Source of the DNA: Dehalococcoidia bacterium
Lineage (GTDB): Bacteria > Chloroflexota > Dehalococcoidia > Plut-88900
Reading direction: 5' to 3'
DNA length: 64,000 nt
Assembly: GCA_965197585.1 (NCBI GenBank)
Contig: OZ240215.1
Location: 544,001 to 608,000 of the forward strand
Part shown: positions 19,267-28,354 of the stretch, piece by piece
How positions within the stretch are numbered: the stretch's first letter is position 1
Layout of the letters: every line of letters starts with the position of its first letter
Made by a program: the position numbers and the translations under genes
The notes under the pieces: model-generated
Seen by the model: only the letters and a program-made list of their open reading frames with translations
The model's database searches: none
What the model was told of the DNA's origin: nothing

Positions 19267-20480
19267 AGGTTGCTTACTTTAACTGCATTGGCGGCGTCAG
19301 CGGCGACATGGTCCTCGGGGCCCTAGTAGACGTTGGCCTCTCCATCGACTCCCTCCGCAACGAGCTTTCAAAGCTCGGCGTTCAAGGCTACGACATCGAA
19401 GCCTCTCCGGACTCCCGTTCCGCAATCTCCGGCACCCGAGTCAGCGTGAAGACATCGTCCGCTACCCAACCCCGCCGCAATCTCAGGGATATCCTTTCAC
19501 TAATAGACGAAAGCCGCCTCTCCCCCTCTGTGAAAGAAAAGGCGACCAGGATATTCCGCCGACTTGCCCAGGCCGAGTCCCGAGTCCACCGCGTCGAGAT
19601 AGATCAGGTCCACTTCCACGAGGTCGGCGCCGTCGATGCCATAGTAGATATCGTTGGCACTGCTTGTGGCCTGGAGCTCCTCGGTGTGGATCAAGTCTAC
19701 TGCTCTTCGATACCGCCAGGAAGCGGGACCGTAAAGGCGGAACACGGGCGGCTCCCCGTCCCCGCACCCGCAACCGTAGAGCTTATGGCTCTTGCCAACG
19801 CACCCTTTGCCCCTCCCTCCCCCCACGCTCCTGTCACCGAGCTTTCCACCCCAACCGGAGTTGCCATAATGACTACCCTCTCCGAATTCGCGCAGCCAGA
19901 GATTAGGGTGGAAGCAGCAGGCTACGGTATCGGCCAGAAGGATATGGGTGAATACCCAAACGCCCTGGGCCTCTGGCTGGGCCAGGTGCAGTCCCATTCC
20001 GGGGCTCGACCCCTTGTCGTCATAGAGACCAACATAGACGACATGAACCCCGAGATTTACCCTTATCTTATGGACCGGCTCTTTGAGACTGGGGCCCGGG
20101 ACGTCTGGTTCACGCCTATACACATGAAAAAGGGCCGCCCTGCCGTCATGGTAAGTGTCCTTTCCGACCCCGGCCATCGAGAGGCCATAGTCCACGATCT
20201 CCTCAAAGAGACGTCTACCCTAGGTGTCCGGGTGCGGGAAGTCCTTCGCTATGAGGCCGAGCGCAGAATAGAGAAGGTTGCCACGAGTATCGGGCCTGTG
20301 CGGGTCAAGCTGAAAATCCAGAACGGTAACCCGGTCTCCGTCTCGCCTGAGCACGATGACTGTGCCGCAATCGCCGCCGAGTCGGGGATTCCGCTCAGAG
20401 ACGTCTACCGTATTGTCACCGAGGAGGCTTCCCGCCTCCTCTTACCGTTCCCAGAAGGCAGCCCCGGTTCCGAGCTATAA
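19263..20480 (+). CDS. larC: Nickel pincer cofactor biosynthesis protein LarC
   Basis: GVSGDM, VHFHEVGAVDAIVDI, HGRLPVPAPAT, TPTG, ETNIDD, MKKGRP, ETSTLGVR. Confidence 0.95.
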   Translation: MKVAYFNCIGGVSGDMVLGALVDVGLSIDSLRNELSKLGVQGYDIEASPDSRSAISGTRVSVKTSSATQPRRNLRDILSLIDESRLSPSVKEKATRIFRRLAQAESRVHRVEIDQVHFHEVGAVDAIVDIVGTACGLELLGVDQVYCSSIPPGSGTVKAEHGRLPVPAPATVELMALANAPFAPPSPHAPVTELSTPTGVAIMTTLSEFAQPEIRVEAAGYGIGQKDMGEYPNALGLWLGQVQSHSGARPLVVIETNIDDMNPEIYPYLMDRLFETGARDVWFTPIHMKKGRPAVMVSVLSDPGHREAIVHDLLKETSTLGVRVREVLRYEAERRIEKVATSIGPVRVKLKIQNGNPVSVSPEHDDCAAIAAESGIPLRDVYRIVTEEASRLLLPFPEGSPGSEL

Positions 20481-20835
20481 ACGCGTACAGGCGCACTCCC
20501 AGGAACCGTGCCCCCGGCAGCCACATAAGTGGGGCCAGTGGAAGCAGCGGGGGCAATATCAGTGCCAACCGCCTCACTGCGAAGAAGCCACCGTGCAACC
20601 GGCCCTGGGAGTCTTCCAGGTACATAGCCTCGTTCAGATCGGCCCGGGTCAGGCCCCTTGGGAAACTGCTCAATTCCTGCCCAGGAGTCCACTTCACCCT
20701 CTGAAACCAGTCCGCCTTAGCCATCCACTTCACTGCTCCCCTGCACAGGCCGCATGCGCCGTCATAGTAGACGGTGGCCTGGGAGTCCAACCCCCTGAAC
20801 AAATTCCAACTGAGCCTTGACTTTATACGCGCCAA
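20416..20835 (-). CDS. DCC1-like thiol-disulfide oxidoreductase (DUF393)
   Basis: VYYDGACGLC motif and LYAFIARNR C-terminal motif; start uncertain (TTG 20835); the longer ORF runs over tRNA-Thr. Confidence 0.75.
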   Translation of the reverse strand: MARIKSRLSWNLFRGLDSQATVYYDGACGLCRGAVKWMAKADWFQRVKWTPGQELSSFPRGLTRADLNEAMYLEDSQGRLHGGFFAVRRLALILPPLLPLAPLMWLPGARFLGVRLYAFIARNRGCLLGTVRGGGKPPR

Positions 20836-20997
20836 TTTCCTATACTGACTGCTAGATTTAAGGGAGTTCTTTATCGTACCTTCTGCGGGCCCTTCGTAGG
20901 AGGTACTTTCGAGTCTAGGACATTGTATATCGGGCGTCGTGTATTCGCGCTGATGTCCCGGTAAAACCATCAGGGAGGAAACAGCCCGCATCCTTCT

Positions 20998-21073
20998 GCC
21001 CGAGTGGCGCAATGGCAGCGCAGCCGATTTGTAATCGGCAGGTTGGCGGGTTCGATTCCCCTCTCGGGCTCCA
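20998..21073 (+). tRNA. tRNA-Thr(UGU)
   Basis: Acceptor GCCCGAG/CTCGGGC, anticodon arm GCCGA-TTTGTAA-TCGGC, TTCGATT, encoded CCA. Confidence 0.93.
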
Positions 21074-21138
21074 ACCCGCGTCAAAAAACCTCCAACAAAC
21101 AAATCCATCAGGTGCCATAAACAGGAGCACGTCATTGC

Positions 21139-21224
21139 GGAGGGGTGGGTGAGCGGTTAAAACCGGCGGTCTGTAAAATCGCTGCCGAAAGGCTACGCAG
21201 GTTCGAATCCTGCCCCCTCCACCA
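21139..21224 (+). tRNA. tRNA-Tyr(GUA)
   Basis: GGAGGGG/CCCCTCC acceptor, CTGTAAA loop, long variable arm, GTTCGAATC, CCA. Confidence 0.95.
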
Positions 21225-21265
21225 TCAAAAGAATCTATAATAGTGTGAAAAGGAGCATTCAGTAG

Positions 21266-21340
21266 GCCCACATAGCTCAGTGGTAGAGCACGTTCTTGGT
21301 AAGAACGGGGTCACCGGTTCAAATCCGGTTGTGGGCTCCA
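21266..21340 (+). tRNA. tRNA-Thr(GGU)
   Basis: GCCCACA/TGTGGGC acceptor, CGTTC-TTGGTAA-GAACG, GTTCAAATC, CCA. Confidence 0.95.
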
Positions 21341-21358
21341 CTACAGGAGAGTCATAAA

Positions 21359-22558
21359 ATGGCTAAACAACGTTTCCTAAGAACTAAGCCCCACGTCAAC
21401 GTGGGAACCATCGGTCATGTCGACCACGGAAAGACCACTCTGACCGCCGCCATCACCAAGGTGCTTGGCATGCAGGGTGGAGCCTCTTTCCGTCCCTACG
21501 ATTCCATAGACAACGCCCCAGAAGAGAAGGCCCGAGGCCTCACCATCGCCATCACCCACGTAGAGTATGAGACCACTGAACGTCACTATGCTCACGTCGA
21601 CTGCCCCGGCCACGCCGACTACATCAAGAACATGATCACCGGTGCAGCCCAGATGGATGGTGCTATCCTCGTCGTCTCCGCACCCGACGGCCCCATGCCC
21701 CAGACACGGGAGCACATCCTCCTTGCCCGGCAGGTTCTCGTACCATACATGGTCGTCTTCCTCAACAAGACGGACCAGATGGACGACCCCGAGCTCCTCG
21801 ACCTCGTCGAGCTTGAGCTCAGTGAGCTCCTGTCCAAGTACGACTTCCCCGGCGAGGAAATCCCAATCATCCGGGGCAGTGCCCTACAGGCCCTCGAGTC
21901 CGATTCCACCGACCCCAACGCCCCCGAATACCAGCCCATCCTGGAACTGATGAAATCCGTGGACAGCTACATTCCCCTTCCCGAAAGGCCTTCCGACCTG
22001 CCCTTCCTCATGCCTATTGAAGACGTCTTCAGCATCAAGGGCCGCGGAACAGTGGTAACCGGCCGTGTCGAGCGCGGCACCGTCAAGACTGGAGACCAAG
22101 TCGAGATCGTCGGCTTTGGTGAGACCAGGAGGACGACGGTCACCGGCGTCGAGATGTTCCACAAGACCCTCGACTACGCCGAGCCCGGCGATGCCGTAGG
22201 TTGCCTCATCAGGGGTGTCGAGCGGGACGAAATTGAGCGAGGGCAAGTCCTTGCCAAACCCGGCTCAATCAACCCGCACATGGCCTCAGACGCCGAGGTC
22301 TACGTCCTTACCAAGGAGGAGGGTGGACGACACACTCCCTTCTTCCCCGGCTACAAGCCCCAGTTCTACATCCGTACCACCGACGTCACCGGCGAGATCG
22401 CTCTACCCGAAGGCACCGAGATGGTCATGCCCGGCGACAACATCACCATGGGCATCAAGCTCTTAACACCCGTTGCCATTGAGCAGGAGCTCCGCTTCGC
22501 CATCCGGGAAGGCGGCAGGACTGTCGGCGCCGGCGTGTTCACCAAGGTGAGCAACTAG
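21359..22558 (+). CDS. tuf: Elongation factor Tu
   Basis: [31 protein letters not shown]; ATG 21359 with AGGAG SD. Confidence 0.99.
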   Translation: MAKQRFLRTKPHVNVGTIGHVDHGKTTLTAAITKVLGMQGGASFRPYDSIDNAPEEKARGLTIAITHVEYETTERHYAHVDCPGHADYIKNMITGAAQMDGAILVVSAPDGPMPQTREHILLARQVLVPYMVVFLNKTDQMDDPELLDLVELELSELLSKYDFPGEEIPIIRGSALQALESDSTDPNAPEYQPILELMKSVDSYIPLPERPSDLPFLMPIEDVFSIKGRGTVVTGRVERGTVKTGDQVEIVGFGETRRTTVTGVEMFHKTLDYAEPGDAVGCLIRGVERDEIERGQVLAKPGSINPHMASDAEVYVLTKEEGGRHTPFFPGYKPQFYIRTTDVTGEIALPEGTEMVMPGDNITMGIKLLTPVAIEQELRFAIREGGRTVGAGVFTKVSN

Positions 22559-22596
22559 CTTACCCGGCCCTACTGGGAGCAAAGGGAAATTGAGCG

Positions 22597-22764
22597 ATGG
22601 CTAGAGGAAAAGACGTACGAATAATAGTTAACCTGGCCTGTACCGACTGCCGGGAGAGGACCTACACCACCAGCAAGAACCGGAGGAACGACTCGGGACG
22701 CATGGAGTTGTCCAAGTTCTGCCCCCGCTGCCGGGGTCACAAGCTCCATCGGGAGACTAGATAA
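22597..22764 (+). CDS. rpmG: 50S ribosomal protein L33 (Zn-binding C+ type)
   Basis: Hand translation MARGKDVRIIVNLACTDCRERTYTTSKNRRNDSGRMELSKFCPRCRGHKLHRETR; lies between tuf and secE. Confidence 0.96.
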   Translation: MARGKDVRIIVNLACTDCRERTYTTSKNRRNDSGRMELSKFCPRCRGHKLHRETR

Positions 22765-22799
22765 ACCCACGTGAGACGAACTGCGCACAGGGAAACTGA

Positions 22800-23033
22800 A
22801 TGAGACGCTTCACCCTTCCGGCCCGGGCTAGGATGTCGGCCTCCAGGCCTTTCCTAGGTCGCTTCCGCTTTATAGCCGAGGCCATAGCCGAGTTGCGCAA
22901 GGTCAACTGGCCTTCCAAGGAAGAGACCAAACGCCTAACAACCATGGTTGTGATCGTCTCCGTTGCCATGGGCGCCTTCCTGGGAATCGTCGACGAAGGT
23001 TTCTCCATGCTCATGGACCTCCTCCTTTTCTAG
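22800..23033 (+). CDS. secE: Preprotein translocase subunit SecE
   Basis: ELRKVNWPS plus one TM; synteny. Confidence 0.95.
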   Translation: MRRFTLPARARMSASRPFLGRFRFIAEAIAELRKVNWPSKEETKRLTTMVVIVSVAMGAFLGIVDEGFSMLMDLLLF

Positions 23034-23094
23034 AGCAACATTGATCAAGACACGCCTGCCGATTAGCCGAATGGTGAGGGCAGGGTAGACAGAC

Positions 23095-23652
23095 ATGACT
23101 TCACAATCCAAGACAACAAAGCTCGACCACCGCTGGTACGTAGTCCACACCTACGCCGGCTACGAGGACCGCGTCAAGAACAACCTCGAGCACCGCATTG
23201 AGTCCATGGACGCCGCCGCCGAAATCTTTGAGGTTCTCGTACCCACCGAGGAAGAGCTCGATATCCGAGAGGGCCAGCGCCGAACAGTTTCCAAGAAAGT
23301 TTTCCCCGGCTACATCCTGGTCAACATGGCCCTCACCGATAACAGCTGGTACGTGGTGAGGAATACTCCTGGCGTAACCGGTTTTGTAACCTCAGGCGAC
23401 CCTCCTCGCCCCGTCCCTCTCGAAGACGACGAGGTCAACGCCATCGTCGTACAGATGGAAGCCGAGGCTCCTCGCGTCAAGGTCGGCTTGGACAAAGGCG
23501 AGAAAATTCGCATAATAGATGGGCCGTTTTCTGATTTCATCGGCACCGTCGATGACCTCTACCCCGATAAGGGGAAGATACGGGTCCTCGTTTCATTCTT
23601 CGGGCGGGACACGGGCGTCGAGTTAGACTATTTGCAAGTAGAGAAGCTGTAA
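23095..23652 (+). CDS. nusG: Transcription factor NusG
   Basis: WYVVHTYAGYE, FPGYILV, TPGVTGFV, KOW motif DGPF. Confidence 0.98.
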   Translation: MTSQSKTTKLDHRWYVVHTYAGYEDRVKNNLEHRIESMDAAAEIFEVLVPTEEELDIREGQRRTVSKKVFPGYILVNMALTDNSWYVVRNTPGVTGFVTSGDPPRPVPLEDDEVNAIVVQMEAEAPRVKVGLDKGEKIRIIDGPFSDFIGTVDDLYPDKGKIRVLVSFFGRDTGVELDYLQVEKL

Positions 23653-23679
23653 CCCGCCCAACGGACCGGACTAAATACA

Positions 23680-24102
23680 ATGCCAAAGAGAATTAAGGCC
23701 GTACTTAAGCTCCAAATCGAAGCGGGAAAAGCAACCCCGGCGCCCCCCATCGGACCTGCCCTCGGTCAGCACGGGGTCAACATCATGGGCTTCTGCAAGG
23801 AGTACAACGCTCGCACCTCCGCCCAGGCCGGTACCATCGTCCCTGTAGAGCTTACCGTCTTTCAAGACGCATCATTCTCCTTTGTCACCAAGACCCCACC
23901 CGCCGCGGTTCTCATCAAGAGCGCAGCGGGTGTTGAGAAGGGCAGCAGCCTGTCAGGCCAGGAGGTAATCGGCAGTATCCCCCGAGACAAAATCCGGGAG
24001 ATCGCCGAGACCAAGCTCAAGGACCTCAACGCCAATGACCTGGAAGGCGCCATGCGCATCATTGAAGGCACCGCCCGTAATATGGGAATCGAGGTTGTCT
24101 AG
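23680..24102 (+). CDS. rplK: 50S ribosomal protein L11
   Basis: [28 protein letters not shown]. Confidence 0.98.
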   Translation: MPKRIKAVLKLQIEAGKATPAPPIGPALGQHGVNIMGFCKEYNARTSAQAGTIVPVELTVFQDASFSFVTKTPPAAVLIKSAAGVEKGSSLSGQEVIGSIPRDKIREIAETKLKDLNANDLEGAMRIIEGTARNMGIEVV

Positions 24103-24138
24103 TCCCAGACAACCCTCCAGATAAGAGAGAACACCCTA

Positions 24139-24855
24139 ATGGCTAAGAGAGGCAAGAGATACGAAGAGGCTGCGGCATTGGTCGACAAGACTAAGGCCTA
24201 CACCCCCGATGAGGCCGTCGATCTGGCCAAGCAGACAGCCAAGGCTAAGTACGACGAGACGGTTGAAATTCACATGCGCATGGGCCTCGACCCCCGCCAT
24301 GCCGACCAGCAGGTGCGTGGCCTCGCCATGCTCCCAAACGGCACCGGCAAGCAGGTCCGAGTCCTGGTATTTGCCCAGGGTGAAGGCGCCACTTTAGCTG
24401 AGCAAAGCGGCGCTGACTTCGTGGGCGCCGACGATATTATTCAGCGCATTGAGGGTGGCTGGGTCGAATTCGACACCGCTATTGCCACCCCGGAGATGAT
24501 GAGCAAAATCGGTAAGCTTGGCCGAATCCTTGGACGCCGAGGACTCATGCCCAACCCCCGCTCCGGCACCGTAGTCCAACAGCCCGACCTACCCAAGGCC
24601 ATCTCCGACTCCCGCAAGGGAAAGATCGAATATCGGTTGGACCGCACCGCCGTCATCCACGCTCCCCTCGGTAAGGCCAGTTTTGAGAAGGACGACCTCC
24701 TCGAAAATCTGTCCACCTTTATGGACTCGGTGATAAGGGCCAAACCCTCCGGAGCCAAGGGTCAATACATCAAAAACATATCCGTATCCACGACCCACGG
24801 ACCGGGCATAAACATGGACGTCCAGTCTGCCATGACCCTCAGCGCGAGTGAATAG
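24139..24855 (+). CDS. rplA: 50S ribosomal protein L1
   Basis: [23 protein letters not shown]. Confidence 0.98.
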   Translation: MAKRGKRYEEAAALVDKTKAYTPDEAVDLAKQTAKAKYDETVEIHMRMGLDPRHADQQVRGLAMLPNGTGKQVRVLVFAQGEGATLAEQSGADFVGADDIIQRIEGGWVEFDTAIATPEMMSKIGKLGRILGRRGLMPNPRSGTVVQQPDLPKAISDSRKGKIEYRLDRTAVIHAPLGKASFEKDDLLENLSTFMDSVIRAKPSGAKGQYIKNISVSTTHGPGINMDVQSAMTLSASE

Positions 24856-24901
24856 TCCCGCTAAAGAGGCAAACCTAGTTACTTAACGCAACTAAATAGT
24901 T

Positions 24902-25039
24902 CGCCGCAGACGGCGGGCGGCTCCCCGGAGCCTTAATTGTTCAGCCTGCCCAGGTGATTCGCCAAATCCCTGATCTTTCGCTCTACTGGATCGGGCTTGA
25001 AAAATCCCTTGGGCTGCGCCCCGGGGGTTTTGTATTTTT
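24902..25039 (+). ncRNA. L10 leader (ribosomal protein autoregulatory element)
   Basis: GCCGCAGACGGCGGG...CCTTAAT...CCTGCCCAGG core upstream of rplJ, followed by an AAAATCCC/GGGGTTTT hairpin and a U tract. Confidence 0.75.
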
Positions 25040-25068
25040 AGAGAAGATAAACTGAAGGCGGTAAATAA

Positions 25069-25602
25069 ATGGCCACAGAAAAGAAAGAACAGCAAGTCCG
25101 GGAGATAGCCGAGTTGCTGGGTCGGTGCACCATAGCCATCGCCACCGATTACCGGGGCTTGGCTATGCCGGAGATGATGGCCCTGCGTCGTAAGCTCCGG
25201 GAGTTTGGCGTGGAGTACCGGGTTATCAAAAACACCCTCGCCCGCCGGGCCGCCGAGCAGACCGGCGCCCAACCATTGGTACAGTTTCTCGAAGGGCCCA
25301 CTGCCATCGCATTCGGATACGGCGAGGCTACAGAGCCCGCCAAGGTCCTGATAGACCACATCCGGCAGGAGCGCAGCATTCTTGCGGTCAAGGGAGCTGT
25401 CATGGGAGCCCGTCCCCTCGCCTCGAACGAGGTCGGTATTCTCGCTATCCTGCCGCCCAGGCAGGAATTGATAGCCAAGACCGCAGGCGCACTGCTCGCT
25501 CCCCTTTCTGCCCTTCAGTTCGTACTTAGCGCCCAGATAGGGGGCCTCGTCACGGCCCTCAGTGCCCGTGTTGACCAATTGCAAGAAGAAACCGCAAGCT
25601 AG
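25069..25602 (+). CDS. rplJ: 50S ribosomal protein L10
   Basis: DYRGL, VIKNTL, GPTAIAF. Confidence 0.97.
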   Translation: MATEKKEQQVREIAELLGRCTIAIATDYRGLAMPEMMALRRKLREFGVEYRVIKNTLARRAAEQTGAQPLVQFLEGPTAIAFGYGEATEPAKVLIDHIRQERSILAVKGAVMGARPLASNEVGILAILPPRQELIAKTAGALLAPLSALQFVLSAQIGGLVTALSARVDQLQEETAS

Positions 25603-25623
25603 ATCGTCATAAGGAGATTAGAT

Positions 25624-25998
25624 ATGGCAACCAAGGAAGAACTCCTCGAATCAATCAAGGCCATGACCGTCTTAGAGCTTTCCGAGCTCGTTAAGGCCAT
25701 CGAGGCAGAGTTCGGTGTCAGTGCCGCGGCCCCAGTTGCCGTTGCCGCCGCACCCGCAGCAGCCGAGGCCGCACCTGTCGAAGAGAAGACCGAGTTCGAT
25801 GTCGTCCTCAAGGAGATCGGCCCCAACAAGATCAACGTGATCAAGGCCGTCCGAGAGGTCACCACCCTCGGCCTGCGCGAGGCCAAAGAGCTGGTCGAAA
25901 GCGCCCCGAAGGCCGTTCGTGAGGCTGTCGCCAAGGAAGAGGCCGAGACCGTCAAGAAGACTCTCGAGGGCGCTGGCGCCACTGTCGAGCTTGCCTAG
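25624..25998 (+). CDS. rplL: 50S ribosomal protein L7/L12
   Basis: Ala-rich hinge, [19 protein letters not shown]. Confidence 0.98.
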   Translation: MATKEELLESIKAMTVLELSELVKAIEAEFGVSAAAPVAVAAAPAAAEAAPVEEKTEFDVVLKEIGPNKINVIKAVREVTTLGLREAKELVESAPKAVREAVAKEEAETVKKTLEGAGATVELA

Positions 25999-26007
25999 GA
26001 CTCGCTC

Positions 26008-26868
26008 CTAGGGCCTTAGCCTGAACTCCGAGTCCGCACCGCGGAATATCTCGGCCAATTCACCCTCGCCGCTGGCAGTGAACATCCGGCCTTCGGTGAA
26101 GGTGGTGGCACTTTCGAACAGTATCTCGATGGTCGAGAAGGCTGCAAGGCTTGATTCCGCTGCCGCTGCCTCCGCTTCCGTGCTGTACCACGACACCAGG
26201 TCGAATGTCCCGGTCGTGCTGCCCTGCCCGGATGCCGAGAAGCCCAAGGCTTGGCATCCGGGGGCTACGTCTTCACACCGTGTTGTCAGGGATATGTAGG
26301 CCGTGCCCTGCACCCTGTCTAACACCTCCCTCGCTGCCCCCACCTGGTCCAGTGTACGTCCGTCTTCCAATTGCACCAGCACGGTCTCCATGGTCGTGAA
26401 GTCGTAGCCCACCGCCATACGTCCTGCCCCCATCAACGCCACGTTCCCTGCGTCTCCGCTCCAGACTTCCGTGTCCCGTATCTTCCTCACTCCGTGCCCC
26501 GTATCCTCCAACCGCTTCGCTACGTCCTCTGTATCGAATGCTCCCTCAACCAGTATGACCCGACGGTCGTTTACGACGAACGTCACCGCACTTCGCAAGT
26601 CGGAACTGCCTACCCCAGTGTTGCCCAGGCTCCGGTTCAACGCTCCCAGCACCTCCCCAGCCTCCTTAAGCAGCTCCGAATCTCCACGGATCGCCTCCAG
26701 GTCGATCAAGGACGCGTCTTGAGCTATTTCCGGCACGTCCCCGCCTATAGTCAGCTTCTCCCCACCCGACTCCCCGCACCCCATCGCCACGATGCTGACC
26801 ATAAGCAAGCCGATGACAATACCGGCCAGGCTGCTTTTCAAAGTTGCATTTATCATCTTCAAACACAT
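26008..26868 (-). CDS. Hypothetical lipoprotein
   Basis: Hydrophobic N-terminus ending in lipobox-like AMG-C; no recognised family. Confidence 0.6.
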   Translation of the reverse strand: MCLKMINATLKSSLAGIVIGLLMVSIVAMGCGESGGEKLTIGGDVPEIAQDASLIDLEAIRGDSELLKEAGEVLGALNRSLGNTGVGSSDLRSAVTFVVNDRRVILVEGAFDTEDVAKRLEDTGHGVRKIRDTEVWSGDAGNVALMGAGRMAVGYDFTTMETVLVQLEDGRTLDQVGAAREVLDRVQGTAYISLTTRCEDVAPGCQALGFSASGQGSTTGTFDLVSWYSTEAEAAAAESSLAAFSTIEILFESATTFTEGRMFTASGEGELAEIFRGADSEFRLRP

Positions 26869-26893
26869 AACGGTGCTATCATTTCATCCAGTT

Positions 26894-28171
26894 TTATCGT
26901 CTTAGGCGTCCCATCCTATCAGTTTTCCCCGGTACCGGCCTTTCCCGTCTGTATCCCCCCAGCAGGAGCGCCGTTGCTACCAGCATCAAGGGCGCGAACG
27001 CACTGATGAATAGTCCCAGTCCCAAGTCACCTGTACTCTCTTCTACGAATCCCACCAGTATTGGCCCAACCGCCCCACCACCCCACAGGGCAGTGAACAC
27101 CGTCGCCGATGCCACTGCCACCTCCCTCGGGGTGATGCCAGGCAGGTTAAACACCTGTGTCATCAATATCGGGAAGAAGCTGAACATCACCCCGCCGAAT
27201 ATCCAAAGCAACACCAATAGGGTAAACGAGTCTGTCGATATCAGGCCGATGTACGCGAGGGCCTGTCCCACCCCACACACGGTCAGCACCAGAGTAGTGT
27301 GTCGTGAGAAAAAGGGAAACGCGACCACGCCCAGTTCTGCAGGCGCCATGGCAAAAGTCCCGATCCCCATGAGAACCCCTGCCGTTCTTACGTCTATTCC
27401 GTATTCCTCGCCCACGAATCGGGGCCAGAAGTTCCCGAACGCCAGCCGAGCCAGCAGCATCCCGAACATGCCCAGGCAGATGAACCACACCTCCCGATAC
27501 TTGAGGACGCTCCGTATCGGTGTTCCATTGTCCTCTTCTCCTCCCCCTTGAAGCTCGGGCCGTCCTTTGTCCTTCCCGAGCGCTATCCACAAAAACGCTG
27601 CCGCAAGCACTACACCGGACCACACGAACATCGTCTGCCGCCAGCCGCCCAGCCAGCCGAGCATGAATGGGATTAATACGGTGCCGGTCCCCATCAGTAT
27701 GTCGACTATAGAGATGGAGAAGCCGTTTGCCAGCCCGAACCGCCGCTTGGAAATCCACTGGATAATCAGGATGTTCCGCGGAGATTGGCACGCCTGCAAA
27801 ACCATGCCCAGCCCTATCCGGGCCAGCAGCAGGGCTCCGAACCCCGGCGCCCCTCCCGCCATGGCGATCAGTCCCGATGCCGCTAAGAACCCCACCGCCG
27901 CCGTCCTCCAGGGCCTGAACCTAGACACCCACCAGTTCATTGGTATCGAGAAAACTACGTTCGCCAAAAGCAAGGACGATCCAAGCCACCCTTGTTCCGC
28001 CGGCGACAACTCGAGGTCGTCGATGATGTCCGGCAGGAACAGCCCCAGCGACGTTGTCGCTACCAGCACCGAGGCGAGCCCCACGGTGAAGTAGACCAGC
28101 ACCCCCCACCCTTCCTCCCCCCGTTCCGGCGCCACTGTCGGCGCGGCTACGCTCACCTTGGGCTGCCACAC
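26894..28171 (-). CDS. MFS transporter
   Basis: About 12 TM segments, LLLARIGLG motif B. Confidence 0.85.
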   Translation of the reverse strand: MWQPKVSVAAPTVAPERGEEGWGVLVYFTVGLASVLVATTSLGLFLPDIIDDLELSPAEQGWLGSSLLLANVVFSIPMNWWVSRFRPWRTAAVGFLAASGLIAMAGGAPGFGALLLARIGLGMVLQACQSPRNILIIQWISKRRFGLANGFSISIVDILMGTGTVLIPFMLGWLGGWRQTMFVWSGVVLAAAFLWIALGKDKGRPELQGGGEEDNGTPIRSVLKYREVWFICLGMFGMLLARLAFGNFWPRFVGEEYGIDVRTAGVLMGIGTFAMAPAELGVVAFPFFSRHTTLVLTVCGVGQALAYIGLISTDSFTLLVLLWIFGGVMFSFFPILMTQVFNLPGITPREVAVASATVFTALWGGGAVGPILVGFVEESTGDLGLGLFISAFAPLMLVATALLLGGYRRERPVPGKTDRMGRLRR

Positions 28172-28354
28172 ATGGAGCGGTTGACGTAATAAACAGCAAA
28201 ACTGGGGCGCGTTCGTACAACGCCAAACGCAATCAAACTGCTCATCGCGTTAATGTACCACACCCATCTTCCCAATTTGTCGACTCGCGACCCCACCCTT
28301 GTTAAAATTGCACAGCTTAATCTACAAACCAGTAACACAAAGGGGCCTGAGCCG

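Noticed and set aside
20836-21135. N-terminal extension of the 239-aa minus ORF
   Set aside because: Overlaps tRNA-Thr; only the C-terminal DCC1-like part is credible
21296-21358. Upstream extension of the tuf ORF
   Set aside because: Overlaps tRNA-Thr(GGU); the ATG at 21359 has a proper SD
20998-22800. Missing tRNA-Gly and tRNA-Trp in the tuf-secE cluster
   Set aside because: Lineage-level variation in this cluster is common
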